The notes: generated by a model not told the origin, from the sequence alone. DNA of 64,000 nucleotides from Nanobdellati archaeon (GCA_014384375.1 JACNFY010000019.1:36262-100261), one strand, 5' to 3'. Shown: positions 18,644 through 28,100, numbered from the stretch's first letter. Program-made: numbers and translations.

Positions 18644-19641
18644 GACATGTTTCTTAAGTATTGCTTTAGCTTTAGTCTTACTTTTTCCTTCATCTCTTGG
18701 TCTAATGATAATTTATCAACTTCTTTGTCCCAGTTAACATTTGGAATTGTTGTTAAACTTCCTAAGAAATTCCTGCCAGTTTTCTTTGCCTGATTTTCTA
18801 TTTCTTTTGCACTTTTACTTCTGAACTCTCTTATTATTGGGAACTTTGATATTGAATTAGTGCCAGCTTCAAGCAGTAATGGAATCCTGTCAATCTTATC
18901 CTTCCAGATACCCATCTGGATGTCAATCTTTGGGAATGCAATTCTAGTTTTTGCAACGTACCAAGCATGGTATTCCTTGCTCGGAGATTCTTTGTTTTCA
19001 AATAAAGTTCCTTTGACAGGGTTCAATGCATACAAGTGAATTTTCTTAATGTTGTTTTCCTCTATGAATTCTTTCAAAGTTTCAAAGTCATCCTTGGTTT
19101 CTCCAAGACCTAGTATTAATGTCATAGCGTTTTTCAAGCCTAGCAAGGTTGAATTGTTAAACATCTTAACGTATGGTTCCATTGGTTTTGAAGGACAAAC
19201 TTTTTTGTGTAATTCTCTATTAACAGTTTCTATGGAGCCGACTACTCCTTTGATATATGGTTGATATTCTTTTAGATGGCTTTTTGGTATTGGTCCTAAA
19301 CTAACCCAGATTTTTTCTTCAATAATTTGATTTATGACTTCAAGCATTTCAGTTATATCAGGTTTTTGGTAAGCATTCACTCCTCCTGTGAAGAATCCTA
19401 TCTTCCAACCAAGATGCTTACAAATAATGGTTTCAGCGTATAATGACTCCTTTGACCTAACTGCTCTATCATCACCATCATCTCTGTTCTTCTTTTTCTG
19501 AGTGCTCATATAACAGAAAGCACAATCCTTTATTGCACATGACCAGCTGAAGAATAATGCTCTTTCAAACCAAGTATTGTTTGGAAAGTTATCTCTATAA
19601 ACTCTGTTTGCTTGTTTTATCAGATTATTTAGTTCATTCAT
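18640..19641 (-). CDS. Radical SAM-type protein (BioB/ThiH-like TIM barrel)
   Basis: A Cys cluster near the N-terminus reads FSWSCAIKDCAFCYMS, followed by GGVN and LGLGET motifs as in the BioB/HydE/ThiH group. The spacing here is CX4CX2C rather than CX3CX2C. Confidence 0.6.
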   Translation of the reverse strand: MNELNNLIKQANRVYRDNFPNNTWFERALFFSWSCAIKDCAFCYMSTQKKKNRDDGDDRAVRSKESLYAETIICKHLGWKIGFFTGGVNAYQKPDITEMLEVINQIIEEKIWVSLGPIPKSHLKEYQPYIKGVVGSIETVNRELHKKVCPSKPMEPYVKMFNNSTLLGLKNAMTLILGLGETKDDFETLKEFIEENNIKKIHLYALNPVKGTLFENKESPSKEYHAWYVAKTRIAFPKIDIQMGIWKDKIDRIPLLLEAGTNSISKFPIIREFRSKSAKEIENQAKKTGRNFLGSLTTIPNVNWDKEVDKLSLDQEMKEKVRLKLKQYLRNMS

Positions 19642-19672
19642 TTAGACAAAGAAAAAAAGTTTGTTTAAAAAA

Positions 19673-21484
19673 TTAAGTATTACGTTTAAGCTTTTCAATC
19701 AGCTCAATAAATGTTGCAACACTCCATGCCTGAGCTATGCAACCCTCAGACTTTTGCTCACTAGCAGAGCTTATCTCTGCAGAATGACCTATGAATCCAG
19801 AGTATAACAACTCCTCTTCGTTAGCATGGTATATATAGTCAATAAAGTGATGATACTTCTTCTTATCAAGAGAATGCATACAGATAGCTGCTAAGTTGTT
19901 AACCCAATACCAACTATCCCCTCTATGATAACTGAGATTATTATGACCTGTATAATTTGCTTGGAACAGAGGATTTTTCTTATCAATCGAGGAGAACCCT
20001 CCCCAGTCAAGCCACAACCCTCTTATGGCTTTGTTGAATACAATCATCCACTCATACTTTCTTAAAAGTTCTGGATAAACGTAGTAAGCGATGAATACAT
20101 TTGGCCTAATAGTTTTGTCTCCAAGCCTGTCAAATAAATCTCCTTTTTTAAAGAATTCTTTCTTTATGTGTTTAACAAACAATTTTTCCAAAGTGCCATA
20201 GCCAAAGTATGTAAGCCTTAAGTGTTTGCAAAGCACTTGCATCAGTTTAAAGAGCGATAAGAAGAGGGCTTGTATCTCTATACAGGCTCCTGGTCTGCCA
20301 TCATCTTTGTTTACAGCAGTATCCATCCATGTCTCGTTGACATCGTTGTACATGATGTAATCTTTCATGTATCTCGCCATCTGCTCCTCTATGCAGAAGT
20401 GTAGTTTATGTTTTATCTTGATAAAATCATCTTTGGAGAAATAATCTTCCAAGCATTTCTTCTCCTCTAAAATTGTTAAGAAGTCGTATAATCTTTTGAA
20501 GAGCCAACCAATAGCATCAGCGCTGTTTAGGTTTGAGCTTGGTAATTTATTAGGAATCCTTCCAGTCTCATCAATTGCATTTAAATAATTCATAAGTCTA
20601 TTCTTTACAAATTCGAATCTCTCCTCAATCATGAATGCCTTTAATGATATTAGTTCATCCCTAGCCCAGAACTGATAGAACCAAGGAAGACCTGCAAATA
20701 CTCCTTCTAGTCTATGATTTCCTTTACCAATAATTGTTCTTAAGCTGTCAAGGGCATAAATTGCTGCATTGGATGTTAGGTTTTCCTTTCTGCAAACACT
20801 CTTTTTTCTTAAATGTAAGATGTTTTTCAAGACTGACTCGTTTGTAAAACCAGACTTAACATAACTAAGCGCTTCTTTTCTACTCTCAGAGAATGTTATG
20901 AATAACTTCAGGTTACCATCACATTTTATCCTCATGGCTTTGTAGATGTAGAAATCATGCTTTGTGCTTCTAACCTTGTCATAAAGATATTCTCTTCTCT
21001 CCCAATCTCCAATGATTTCATAATCCTTAACCCCTTTGATAGCTAAGTATTTTCTGTGTTTCTTGTAATGAATAAGTATTGTGTCATCTTCCTCTTCAAT
21101 CACGTAAATTCTTTTTTTATCATCAAAGTCGAACATATCTCTAAAGTCAAGATCGAGATTTATATAACCTGAATAGTTCTTAACCTCATATATAAGGGCT
21201 GTTGCAGTCAAGGAAAATATCTCTTCTGAATCGCCGTATCTTCTAACTACATGGGTAAAGTTGTTTTCAATCTCAGTTATATCTTTGTCTAGATAGATGT
21301 TCTCCACAGACTTGTACATGTTCCAATTTTTATCTAAGTGGAATAATCCTTGCATATGGGTTATATTCCACTTGCTACCAAGAGACAAATATGACCCTGC
21401 TTTATCTGTGAGAAGAAAATATCCCTCACCCTCTTTTTTTACAGCTCGACCTCCGAGCTTATGAATTATCTTCATCCTTTCCAA
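19673..21484 (-). CDS. Amylo-alpha-1,6-glucosidase / glycogen debranching enzyme family protein
   Basis: The C-terminal (alpha/alpha)6 region carries GLPWFYQFWARDELISL, EIQALF and YHRGDSWYWVNN, which are GDE_C-type motifs. Confidence 0.75.
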   Translation of the reverse strand: MERMKIIHKLGGRAVKKEGEGYFLLTDKAGSYLSLGSKWNITHMQGLFHLDKNWNMYKSVENIYLDKDITEIENNFTHVVRRYGDSEEIFSLTATALIYEVKNYSGYINLDLDFRDMFDFDDKKRIYVIEEEDDTILIHYKKHRKYLAIKGVKDYEIIGDWERREYLYDKVRSTKHDFYIYKAMRIKCDGNLKLFITFSESRKEALSYVKSGFTNESVLKNILHLRKKSVCRKENLTSNAAIYALDSLRTIIGKGNHRLEGVFAGLPWFYQFWARDELISLKAFMIEERFEFVKNRLMNYLNAIDETGRIPNKLPSSNLNSADAIGWLFKRLYDFLTILEEKKCLEDYFSKDDFIKIKHKLHFCIEEQMARYMKDYIMYNDVNETWMDTAVNKDDGRPGACIEIQALFLSLFKLMQVLCKHLRLTYFGYGTLEKLFVKHIKKEFFKKGDLFDRLGDKTIRPNVFIAYYVYPELLRKYEWMIVFNKAIRGLWLDWGGFSSIDKKNPLFQANYTGHNNLSYHRGDSWYWVNNLAAICMHSLDKKKYHHFIDYIYHANEEELLYSGFIGHSAEISSASEQKSEGCIAQAWSVATFIELIEKLKRNT

Positions 21485-22496
21485 AGATTATTTGTGAGTC
21501 TTCACCAACATTGAGTTTTTTGTAAGCACTCTTAACTTTAGCGTATCCTGCTACCAACGACTCTTTTAATTGAGCGTCTTCCACTAATGAATTCTCCCCT
21601 ATAATACTGTTTTTGATAATGGAGTTTTTAATCTTTGCGTTTTTTGCGATTGAAACATAAGGGCCGATGATTGAATTCTCTATTTTTGCACCTTTCTCTA
21701 CAAACACAGGTTTTATTATTAAGCTTCCTTTGATACCATCAAATTTCTTTTGTCGCATCTTTTTCAACAGATAGCGGTTCGTAGCAAGCAATGTTTCTGG
21801 TTTACCGCAATCCTCCCACACATTGACTTTTTCTGCTACGAATTTGAATCCTCTTTTAATCATAATGTTAAAAGCATCGACAAGGTAGAATTCTTCCTTT
21901 AGTTGCATGTTGTGCTCTATTAAGTAATCTATAGCTTTAAACAATGCTTTGTAATCCTTAATATAGTATAATCCAATATTTGCAAGGTTTGAAGGTGGAT
22001 TCTTAGGTTTTTCGACAATCTTTTCAATGTGTCCTTTCTTGTTTGGGAAGACAATTCCGAATCTTTCAGGATCTTCGTGCTCCTTCACATATATGACACC
22101 ATCAGCTCTTGTTCTTTTTATCTTCTTCAAGTTCTGATCGCTCAATGTGTCTACAAACCAGATAAGAACATCCTCTTTTATGTACTGCTCTGCAAGCTTT
22201 ATTGCGTGAGCTTGTCCTTTTAGTTCTTTCTGAACAATAAATCTTGTTTTGAAATCATAATTCTTTGTTACATAGTCTTCTATCTGGTTTCCAAGATAGC
22301 CAACAATGAATATTACTTCACTGACTTTTACTTTTTTTAGCTCATCAAGAATATAGGCAAGAACAGGTTTTCCAGCGACATGAAAAAGTGGTTTAGCTCG
22401 AGTGTGGGTATGAGGCCTTAGCCTTGTTCCCTTTCCTGCTGTAGGAATTATTACTTGCACTGTATAACACGAGAAATCGTGGTGGTTTATAAACAT
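21459..22496 (-). CDS. Sugar-phosphate nucleotidyltransferase with C-terminal left-handed beta-helix
   Basis: The N-terminus IIPTAGKGTRLRPHTHTRAKPLFHVAGKPVL carries the GxGTRL motif. C-terminal hexapeptide repeats (IENSIIGPYVSIAKNAKIKNSIIKNSIIGENS) follow. It overlaps the debranching-enzyme gene. Confidence 0.75.
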   Translation of the reverse strand: MFINHHDFSCYTVQVIIPTAGKGTRLRPHTHTRAKPLFHVAGKPVLAYILDELKKVKVSEVIFIVGYLGNQIEDYVTKNYDFKTRFIVQKELKGQAHAIKLAEQYIKEDVLIWFVDTLSDQNLKKIKRTRADGVIYVKEHEDPERFGIVFPNKKGHIEKIVEKPKNPPSNLANIGLYYIKDYKALFKAIDYLIEHNMQLKEEFYLVDAFNIMIKRGFKFVAEKVNVWEDCGKPETLLATNRYLLKKMRQKKFDGIKGSLIIKPVFVEKGAKIENSIIGPYVSIAKNAKIKNSIIKNSIIGENSLVEDAQLKESLVAGYAKVKSAYKKLNVGEDSQIIFGKDEDNS

Positions 22497-22505
22497 TATG
22501 GAACT

Positions 22506-23540
22506 TTATTTAGCAATTTCAGTTTCTATTTTTTCTAAATCGCAGAAATCGGATGTGAAATTATAAGCACCTGCATTTAAGAAGACAATTTTGTCACCGA
22601 CTTTTGGGTTTTTTAAGTAAACCCTGTATCTGAACAGATCCATCGAACAAGGAGTTATGCCTTTTATCACATAAGGATATCCTTTGCTTTTTTCTAATTC
22701 TCCTTCAACAAGCAATTTTACAGGCACAGTCAAGGCATCCAAGTCGCTGTTATAAACAGAAGCATTAACAATTATGTTATTCTCATAAACACCTATTATT
22801 TCTGTCACCAACTTTGCGCTTGGACCAGCAATAAATCTTCCTGGCTCTATTATCATCTTGATGTTAAAGCTGTTAATCCAGTCCTTGAATTCTTTTATTT
22901 TTTCAAATATTACTTTTATGACATCAACATTGGTGTTTGCATACTCTGAAGGTAATCCTCCGCCAATGTTTACAACATCCATGATTTTGAGGGATTCTTC
23001 GTCTAGGATTTCAGATAATTCATACTTCAGGTTCCATTCACTCATATTCTGAGTTTTTCTGTGGAAATGAACTCCTAAAGTTGATATTTTGTCATTGTTC
23101 CTTAGTTCTTTTAATCTCCTATTAATGACTTCTGAATTCATGCCAAAAACAAAGTATCTCTCTGTCCTTATTGAGTGCTCTTTTAGTTTAACTCTTAATA
23201 ACAGGTTAATATTGACATTGTTTTTGTTTAGAAATTCAAGTAACACATCAAGATCAGACTCGTTATCAACAACGAAATAGCTTATTTTCATATCGATTAG
23301 TTCTTTAATTGATTCAATTGTCCAACCCTGTGCAAGGAAAATAATCCTTGACATGTCTTTGATATGTTTCAGTTCGTTAACCAAGTGCACACTAAACATA
23401 CAATCTGTTTCTTTCTCAAGAATCTTAGCAACTTCTTGGTTTGTCTTGGAACTATAAGAAACACTATCTGCTAATTCTTTTACCTTGTTGTGCTGTTCTA
23501 AAACCTTGCTTTTAGAAACTATGAATTTAGGACTTGACAT
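22506..23540 (-). CDS. PLP-dependent decarboxylase, Orn/Arg/DAP decarboxylase family (fold type III)
   Basis: The PLP-Lys region is SYSSKTN. HFH, NIGGGLP, EPGRFIAGPSAKL, TPCSMDLF and NAGAYNF are collinear with the ODC/ADC/LysA family. The 344-aa length is short for the family. Confidence 0.7.
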   Translation of the reverse strand: MSSPKFIVSKSKVLEQHNKVKELADSVSYSSKTNQEVAKILEKETDCMFSVHLVNELKHIKDMSRIIFLAQGWTIESIKELIDMKISYFVVDNESDLDVLLEFLNKNNVNINLLLRVKLKEHSIRTERYFVFGMNSEVINRRLKELRNNDKISTLGVHFHRKTQNMSEWNLKYELSEILDEESLKIMDVVNIGGGLPSEYANTNVDVIKVIFEKIKEFKDWINSFNIKMIIEPGRFIAGPSAKLVTEIIGVYENNIIVNASVYNSDLDALTVPVKLLVEGELEKSKGYPYVIKGITPCSMDLFRYRVYLKNPKVGDKIVFLNAGAYNFTSDFCDLEKIETEIAK

Positions 23541-24528
23541 TTTTCTTTAACTCTTCTAATGAGATTCTCTTCATCATCTGCTTCTTTTGGGGTTTTAGTA
23601 ATCCTTCCTCATCCAATTGCTCTAAGGCTTTAATCATAGCAAGTGGAAACATTACAGTGACGTCACCGATGACCGTGGCTACATCGCTGTCATCCTTAAC
23701 TTTTCCCCACGATTTTGCTTCATCAGTTGTAGCTCCTGACATGCTACCACTTGTTTTATGAGCGGTTGTGATGTAAACTGCGTATTCTGCTCCGCCATGG
23801 AGTAAGGTACAAAGGATTGCGTGATGCTTTGATACGCTGCCTCCAAGAGCGATGACTCCTTTCTTCTCATCAAAGCTGGTAGTGAATAATATGTTACCAA
23901 AATCCTGCACTACATCAACTACAAAATCCTTGTGCTTCTGCTGAAACAAATATAGGTGGAATCCGAATGCTCCATCTGTTATTGCAGGACAGAAAATAGG
24001 AACCTCGTTCCTTGCTGCTTGATAAAGGATTGAGTTCTCATCATTCAACATTAAACCAATCTCTCTCAATAAATCTGAAACACCCCATCTCTTCTGCTTT
24101 GCGTAGAGCTTGTTAAGAATAGGCATTATCCTGTCCTCGAAATTCATATAGCTTTCATTCTTTATGAACAGATTACCAATTCTATTAATACCTTGCTCGT
24201 GAAGCTCAACATCATCACTATCAAATTTTCCAATGATAAATTTCTCTCCTGTGGCTTTCATAATATCTTCTTCAATTCCGCCAACTGTTGTAACTATGAC
24301 ATCTGCCATTCCTAAGCTGATTATTTGTGCGAAGAAACCTCTCAAGCCTGATGTTACCATGTTAGATGTGAATGTTAAGAATATCTTTGCAGAGTTCTTC
24401 TTCATCTTCACAATTACATCAGATGCCTTGCTTAGTTCTATACTTTGAAAACCAAGGTTTTGAAAACCTTCAACCATCTCCTTGACTTTCATTCCTTTTT
24501 TCCATTTAAAATCAGATACAGTCTTCAT
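23527..24528 (-). CDS. dys: Deoxyhypusine synthase
   Basis: FLTFTSNMVTSGLRG, PAITDGAFG and GGSVSKHH are deoxyhypusine synthase motifs. The gene overlaps the downstream decarboxylase by 14 nt. Confidence 0.9.
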   Translation of the reverse strand: MKTVSDFKWKKGMKVKEMVEGFQNLGFQSIELSKASDVIVKMKKNSAKIFLTFTSNMVTSGLRGFFAQIISLGMADVIVTTVGGIEEDIMKATGEKFIIGKFDSDDVELHEQGINRIGNLFIKNESYMNFEDRIMPILNKLYAKQKRWGVSDLLREIGLMLNDENSILYQAARNEVPIFCPAITDGAFGFHLYLFQQKHKDFVVDVVQDFGNILFTTSFDEKKGVIALGGSVSKHHAILCTLLHGGAEYAVYITTAHKTSGSMSGATTDEAKSWGKVKDDSDVATVIGDVTVMFPLAMIKALEQLDEEGLLKPQKKQMMKRISLEELKKNVKS

Positions 24529-24565
24529 AATAGAATCACCTGTGTAGATTAAATAAAAGTTTAGA

Positions 24566-24610
24566 TTAAGAACTAGCTTTTACAGAATTGAAAAATGCTT
24601 TAGTTCTTAA
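24566..24610 (-). promoter_or_regulatory. Perfect 10-bp inverted repeat (TTAAGAACTA ... TAGTTCTTAA, 25-nt spacer) between the E1-like gene stop and the dys start
   Basis: Seen directly in the sequence. On the reverse strand it is followed by a T-rich run. It may be a terminator or an operator. Confidence 0.25.
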
Positions 24611-24649
24611 AATCATAGTGATTAGTTGTAAGTAGAAGTTTTTAAATCT

Positions 24650-25546
24650 TTAGTTCCCAACATACTTTGAGTAGAGACTTCTAGCTTCTTTCTCACTCTT
24701 GGCTTTGATTAATGCTCTGCCGTCTTTGAAGACACTTACTCTATCATTTATTACTCTGAAATCCTTTTGTCCAGCTCCTTTTATCTGATATGTATTTCTG
24801 CCGCATAGCTTTACTGCTTTCGAGCCTTTTTTTCCATCAAGGTATTCATAGACACCATTGCAAGCAGCACAGTTTTTTCTTTGTTTTACTTTGATTTTTT
24901 CGAAACGATTTTCACACACATCAATCCTTACCATTTCTCTTGAAACTGGTTTTCCTAATAGAATTTTGATCGCATTTATAGTTTGTAAAGAGCCAACAAC
25001 TGTTGTTGTAGCCCCAAAAACTCCTGCAGTTTCACAAGTTTCTAAGCCGCGAGCATCCTTAAATATACATCTGAAGCACACATTGTTGGGGAAGAAGTTC
25101 ATCATAGTTCCGTTTTTCCTTATACCTGCAGCGTAAATCCAAGGTTTTTTGTTCTTTAGGCAGTAATCATTGATTAAGAATCTTGTTTCAAAATTGTCTG
25201 TGCAGTCCAGAATCAAATCAGCATTTTTTAGAATATTAATATTCTCAAAACTTAAATCTTTACAGTAACTCCTTATTTTTATTTTACTATTGATCTTTTT
25301 CAATTTCTTCTCAGCAACTAATGCTTTTGGCTTACCAATATCCTCTTCGTTGTAAAGAAGCTGTCTCTGAAGATTATTTAGTTCGACAACATCCCTGTCA
25401 ATGACAATCAGGTTGATTCCTGCTCTAGCAAGCAACTCAGATGAAACAGTGCCAATAGCTCCGACACCTACTACAGCCACTGTTTTTTTCTCTAAGGTTT
25501 CTTGACCACTATTTCCTATAATAATTTCCTGTCTAGAATATCTCAT
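24650..25546 (-). CDS. E1-like ThiF/MoeB/UbaA family adenylyltransferase
   Basis: Contains RYSRQ, the nucleotide-binding motif VAVVGVGAIGTVSSELLARAGI, DRDVVELNNLQRQ and two CxxC pairs (CFRC, CAAC). Confidence 0.8.
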   Translation of the reverse strand: MRYSRQEIIIGNSGQETLEKKTVAVVGVGAIGTVSSELLARAGINLIVIDRDVVELNNLQRQLLYNEEDIGKPKALVAEKKLKKINSKIKIRSYCKDLSFENINILKNADLILDCTDNFETRFLINDYCLKNKKPWIYAAGIRKNGTMMNFFPNNVCFRCIFKDARGLETCETAGVFGATTTVVGSLQTINAIKILLGKPVSREMVRIDVCENRFEKIKVKQRKNCAACNGVYEYLDGKKGSKAVKLCGRNTYQIKGAGQKDFRVINDRVSVFKDGRALIKAKSEKEARSLYSKYVGN

Positions 25547-26205
25547 TTTTTCTTAACAATAAACAAAGAATGGTCTTTCTCATATGGATCTAATACCCTG
25601 TAATCAACTATTGTAATCCTCTTTTCAAGTTCTTTCATAACTTGCCTGTAAACATCCCTTGGCTTCTTAGTAACATCTATGCTTCTCGATTTAAGCGCTA
25701 ACAATCCAAAGCTATCTTTTTTCAGGTAGGCGTTGCAGTTTTTTAGAAATATTTGAACCTGGTTTTTCTGCGCAATATCTTGATAAACAATATCTGCTTG
25801 TGTTACTAGTTCCTTGTATTCCTCTGGATGATTACAGTCAGCGAGTATTGGAGCGATGTTTTTTCTCTGCTCTGCCAAGCTGACTAAGTCGCGAGTAACC
25901 TGAGGAGCAATGTCAATAGCGAATATGAAACCTTTATTGCCAACAATATCTGAGACAAATGAAACTGTATAACCATGAGAAGCACCAAGGTATAGAACAA
26001 CAGAGCCTTCCTTAAAGCCAATCTGTGACAGGCCTTTCAACAAACCAGCTGCTAACTTACTCCTCTTAGGATCCCATTCCCTATAGGAAACTCCTCCTTC
26101 AACAACTATTTTCTCTTCGAAAAAAGAATTTTTATCCAAACTCTTTGTGTACAACTTTTTCTTGTCGATGAATATGTTCGGGAATTTTTTATTGAAGAGT
26201 TTCAT
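25543..26205 (-). CDS. flpA: Fibrillarin-like rRNA/tRNA 2'-O-methyltransferase
   Basis: Contains YREWDPKRSKLAAGLLKGL and VLYLGASHGYTVSFVSDIV. It has 4-nt overlaps with nop5 upstream and the E1-like gene downstream. Confidence 0.9.
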   Translation of the reverse strand: MKLFNKKFPNIFIDKKKLYTKSLDKNSFFEEKIVVEGGVSYREWDPKRSKLAAGLLKGLSQIGFKEGSVVLYLGASHGYTVSFVSDIVGNKGFIFAIDIAPQVTRDLVSLAEQRKNIAPILADCNHPEEYKELVTQADIVYQDIAQKNQVQIFLKNCNAYLKKDSFGLLALKSRSIDVTKKPRDVYRQVMKELEKRITIVDYRVLDPYEKDHSLFIVKKK

Positions 26206-26936
26206 TTCAACTTCTCCTCTAGTTCCTTCTTTAACTTGTCGCCTATGAATTTTCCTTTGAAATAATCTGCTTTTAAAGCGATGCTTATCTTGTTAGCCAG
26301 ACTCCGTGAGTATTTTCCTCTATTAGCTTTCTTGGCAGAAGCAACGAGTGGATGTTGAAGGATTATGCCGTGTTTTGGAGGCTTTGCTCCTGTTCTTAAG
26401 TGTCTGAACAGTGCTTTCTCTGCTCCAAGCATCTGTATAGTGGATGAAGGCATCATTGCTAACTTTTTCAATGAACCTGCTTCTTCTATGAGTTTTGCTC
26501 CTAAGAGAGTGCCTGTTATTGTGAACAGGTTCTTGCAATGCGAATTCATAACTTCTTCAAGGTATGACTTAAGTTCATCCCTTAAGTTGTATAGCGAATT
26601 TATCCTTAAAGCCAACTCCATCATTGGTTTCAAATCTTTGTTTAACAAGTTTTTACCCATCGACTCCTTTAGCTTCATCTCCTGCGTCAATTCCTTCCTT
26701 TTCTTTCTAAGAATTAGCTTGACAAAGGATTCGTTGTCAGAGACTTTTTTCGAGAATTCTGGGAGGTATAGTTCATACCAATTTCTCAGTCTCTTAGTCA
26801 GCACATTGGTTATTTTCGCTAGTTCATCTATGTTACTTATAGTGTGAATTACAAAGTCATCTTCTGACACTGATTCTCTTATCCTCTTCTTTGTCAAGAA
26901 GATGTTTTTTTCCCTTAGTTTTTTGAAATCTACCAT
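26202..26936 (-). CDS. nop5: Nop5 (Nop56/58) C/D box RNP core protein, short form (244 aa)
   Basis: The NOSIC-like segment is RLRNWYELYLPEF. The Nop domain reads AGSLKKLAMMPSSTIQMLGAEKALFRHLRTGAKPPKHGIILQHPLV. Only about 50 aa precede the NOSIC-like segment. Confidence 0.85.
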   Translation of the reverse strand: MVDFKKLREKNIFLTKKRIRESVSEDDFVIHTISNIDELAKITNVLTKRLRNWYELYLPEFSKKVSDNESFVKLILRKKRKELTQEMKLKESMGKNLLNKDLKPMMELALRINSLYNLRDELKSYLEEVMNSHCKNLFTITGTLLGAKLIEEAGSLKKLAMMPSSTIQMLGAEKALFRHLRTGAKPPKHGIILQHPLVASAKKANRGKYSRSLANKISIALKADYFKGKFIGDKLKKELEEKLK

Positions 26937-26953
26937 TGTTTGAAGGATAATAG

Positions 26954-26967
26954 ATATATATTTAAAG
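26954..26967. promoter_or_regulatory. Shared AT-rich TATA-like element between divergent nop5 and aRF1
   Basis: The sequence atatatatttaaag lies about 25-35 nt from the aRF1 ATG (26991) and about 20-30 nt from the nop5 ATG (26936). The whole intergenic region is only 54 nt. Confidence 0.35.
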
Positions 26968-26990
26968 CTTTATAGATAATTTTCTTTACT

Positions 26991-28100
26991 ATGAGAGAAG
27001 AAAAAGTATCTGCAAAAGCCAGGTTCAAGCTTAAGCAGTTTGTTAAGGAATTGGAAGGCTATAAAGGACGTCATACAGAATTGATTAGTGTATACATTCC
27101 TGAAGGCTATGATTTGAATAAGATTATGAATCACCTATTCCAGGAGCAGGGAACTGCTTCTAATATCAAGAGCAAAGCAACTAGGGATAATGTTCAGACA
27201 GGATTGGAGAAGATGATGCAGCATCTGAAATTGTTTCCTAAAACTCCTCCTCACGGTTTGGCTATATTCTCAGGCAATGTCGCTGAGAGAGAAGGTCAGC
27301 AGGATTTTAAGGTGTGGAGCATTGAACCGACAGTACCTTTAAAGCAGCGATTGTACAGATGTGACAAAGAATTTGTGTTAGAACCTCTGAGAGAGCAGGT
27401 TGACGATAAGAGTGTTTATGGGTTGGTGGTTATGGATAAGAGAGAAGGAAATATTGCTTTGCTTAAAGGAAAAACAATAATTCCTTTGAATAAGGCAAAA
27501 TCCGCTGTTCCAGGTAAGACGCGAGCTGGTGGACAGAGTAGTGCTCGTTTTGAGCGCTTGAGAGAAGGCGCTGCAAAAGATTTCTATAAGAAAATAGGTG
27601 ATATGATGAAAACAGAATTCCTTGAGAATAAAAACTTGAAGGGGATAATAGTAGGTGGACCAGGTCATACAAAGAACGAGTTTGTTGACGGCAACTTTAT
27701 AACAGACCAGGTAAAGCAGAAAATAATTGCTTTGAAAGACCTTTCTTATACTGGCGAGTTTGGCTTACAAGAGTTGCTTGACAAGTCAGATGATATACTT
27801 TCAGAAGAGGATGTTGTTGAGGAGAAAAAGATAATGCAGAAATTCTTTAATCTGCTAGCGAAAAAGCCTGGTACGGTTAACTATGGTAAGGATCATGTCA
27901 TGGCTGATCTGAAGATGGGAACAGTGGAAACAGTGCTGTTATCAGAAGTATTGGAGGATGAAGTTATAGAGGAATTCGAGAAAGAAGCAGAGAAGATGAA
28001 TTCAGAGGTTGTTATTATTTCCACTGATACTAGAGAAGGTGTGCAACTGAGAGATATGGGCAAAGTAGCTGCTATACTAAGATATGAAGTTCAAAGATGA
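26991..28100 (+). CDS. prf1: Peptide chain release factor aRF1
   Basis: The NIKS motif (GTASNIKSKATRD) and the GGQ motif (TRAGGQSSARFERLRE) are both present. Confidence 0.9.
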   Translation: MREEKVSAKARFKLKQFVKELEGYKGRHTELISVYIPEGYDLNKIMNHLFQEQGTASNIKSKATRDNVQTGLEKMMQHLKLFPKTPPHGLAIFSGNVAEREGQQDFKVWSIEPTVPLKQRLYRCDKEFVLEPLREQVDDKSVYGLVVMDKREGNIALLKGKTIIPLNKAKSAVPGKTRAGGQSSARFERLREGAAKDFYKKIGDMMKTEFLENKNLKGIIVGGPGHTKNEFVDGNFITDQVKQKIIALKDLSYTGEFGLQELLDKSDDILSEEDVVEEKKIMQKFFNLLAKKPGTVNYGKDHVMADLKMGTVETVLLSEVLEDEVIEEFEKEAEKMNSEVVIISTDTREGVQLRDMGKVAAILRYEVQR

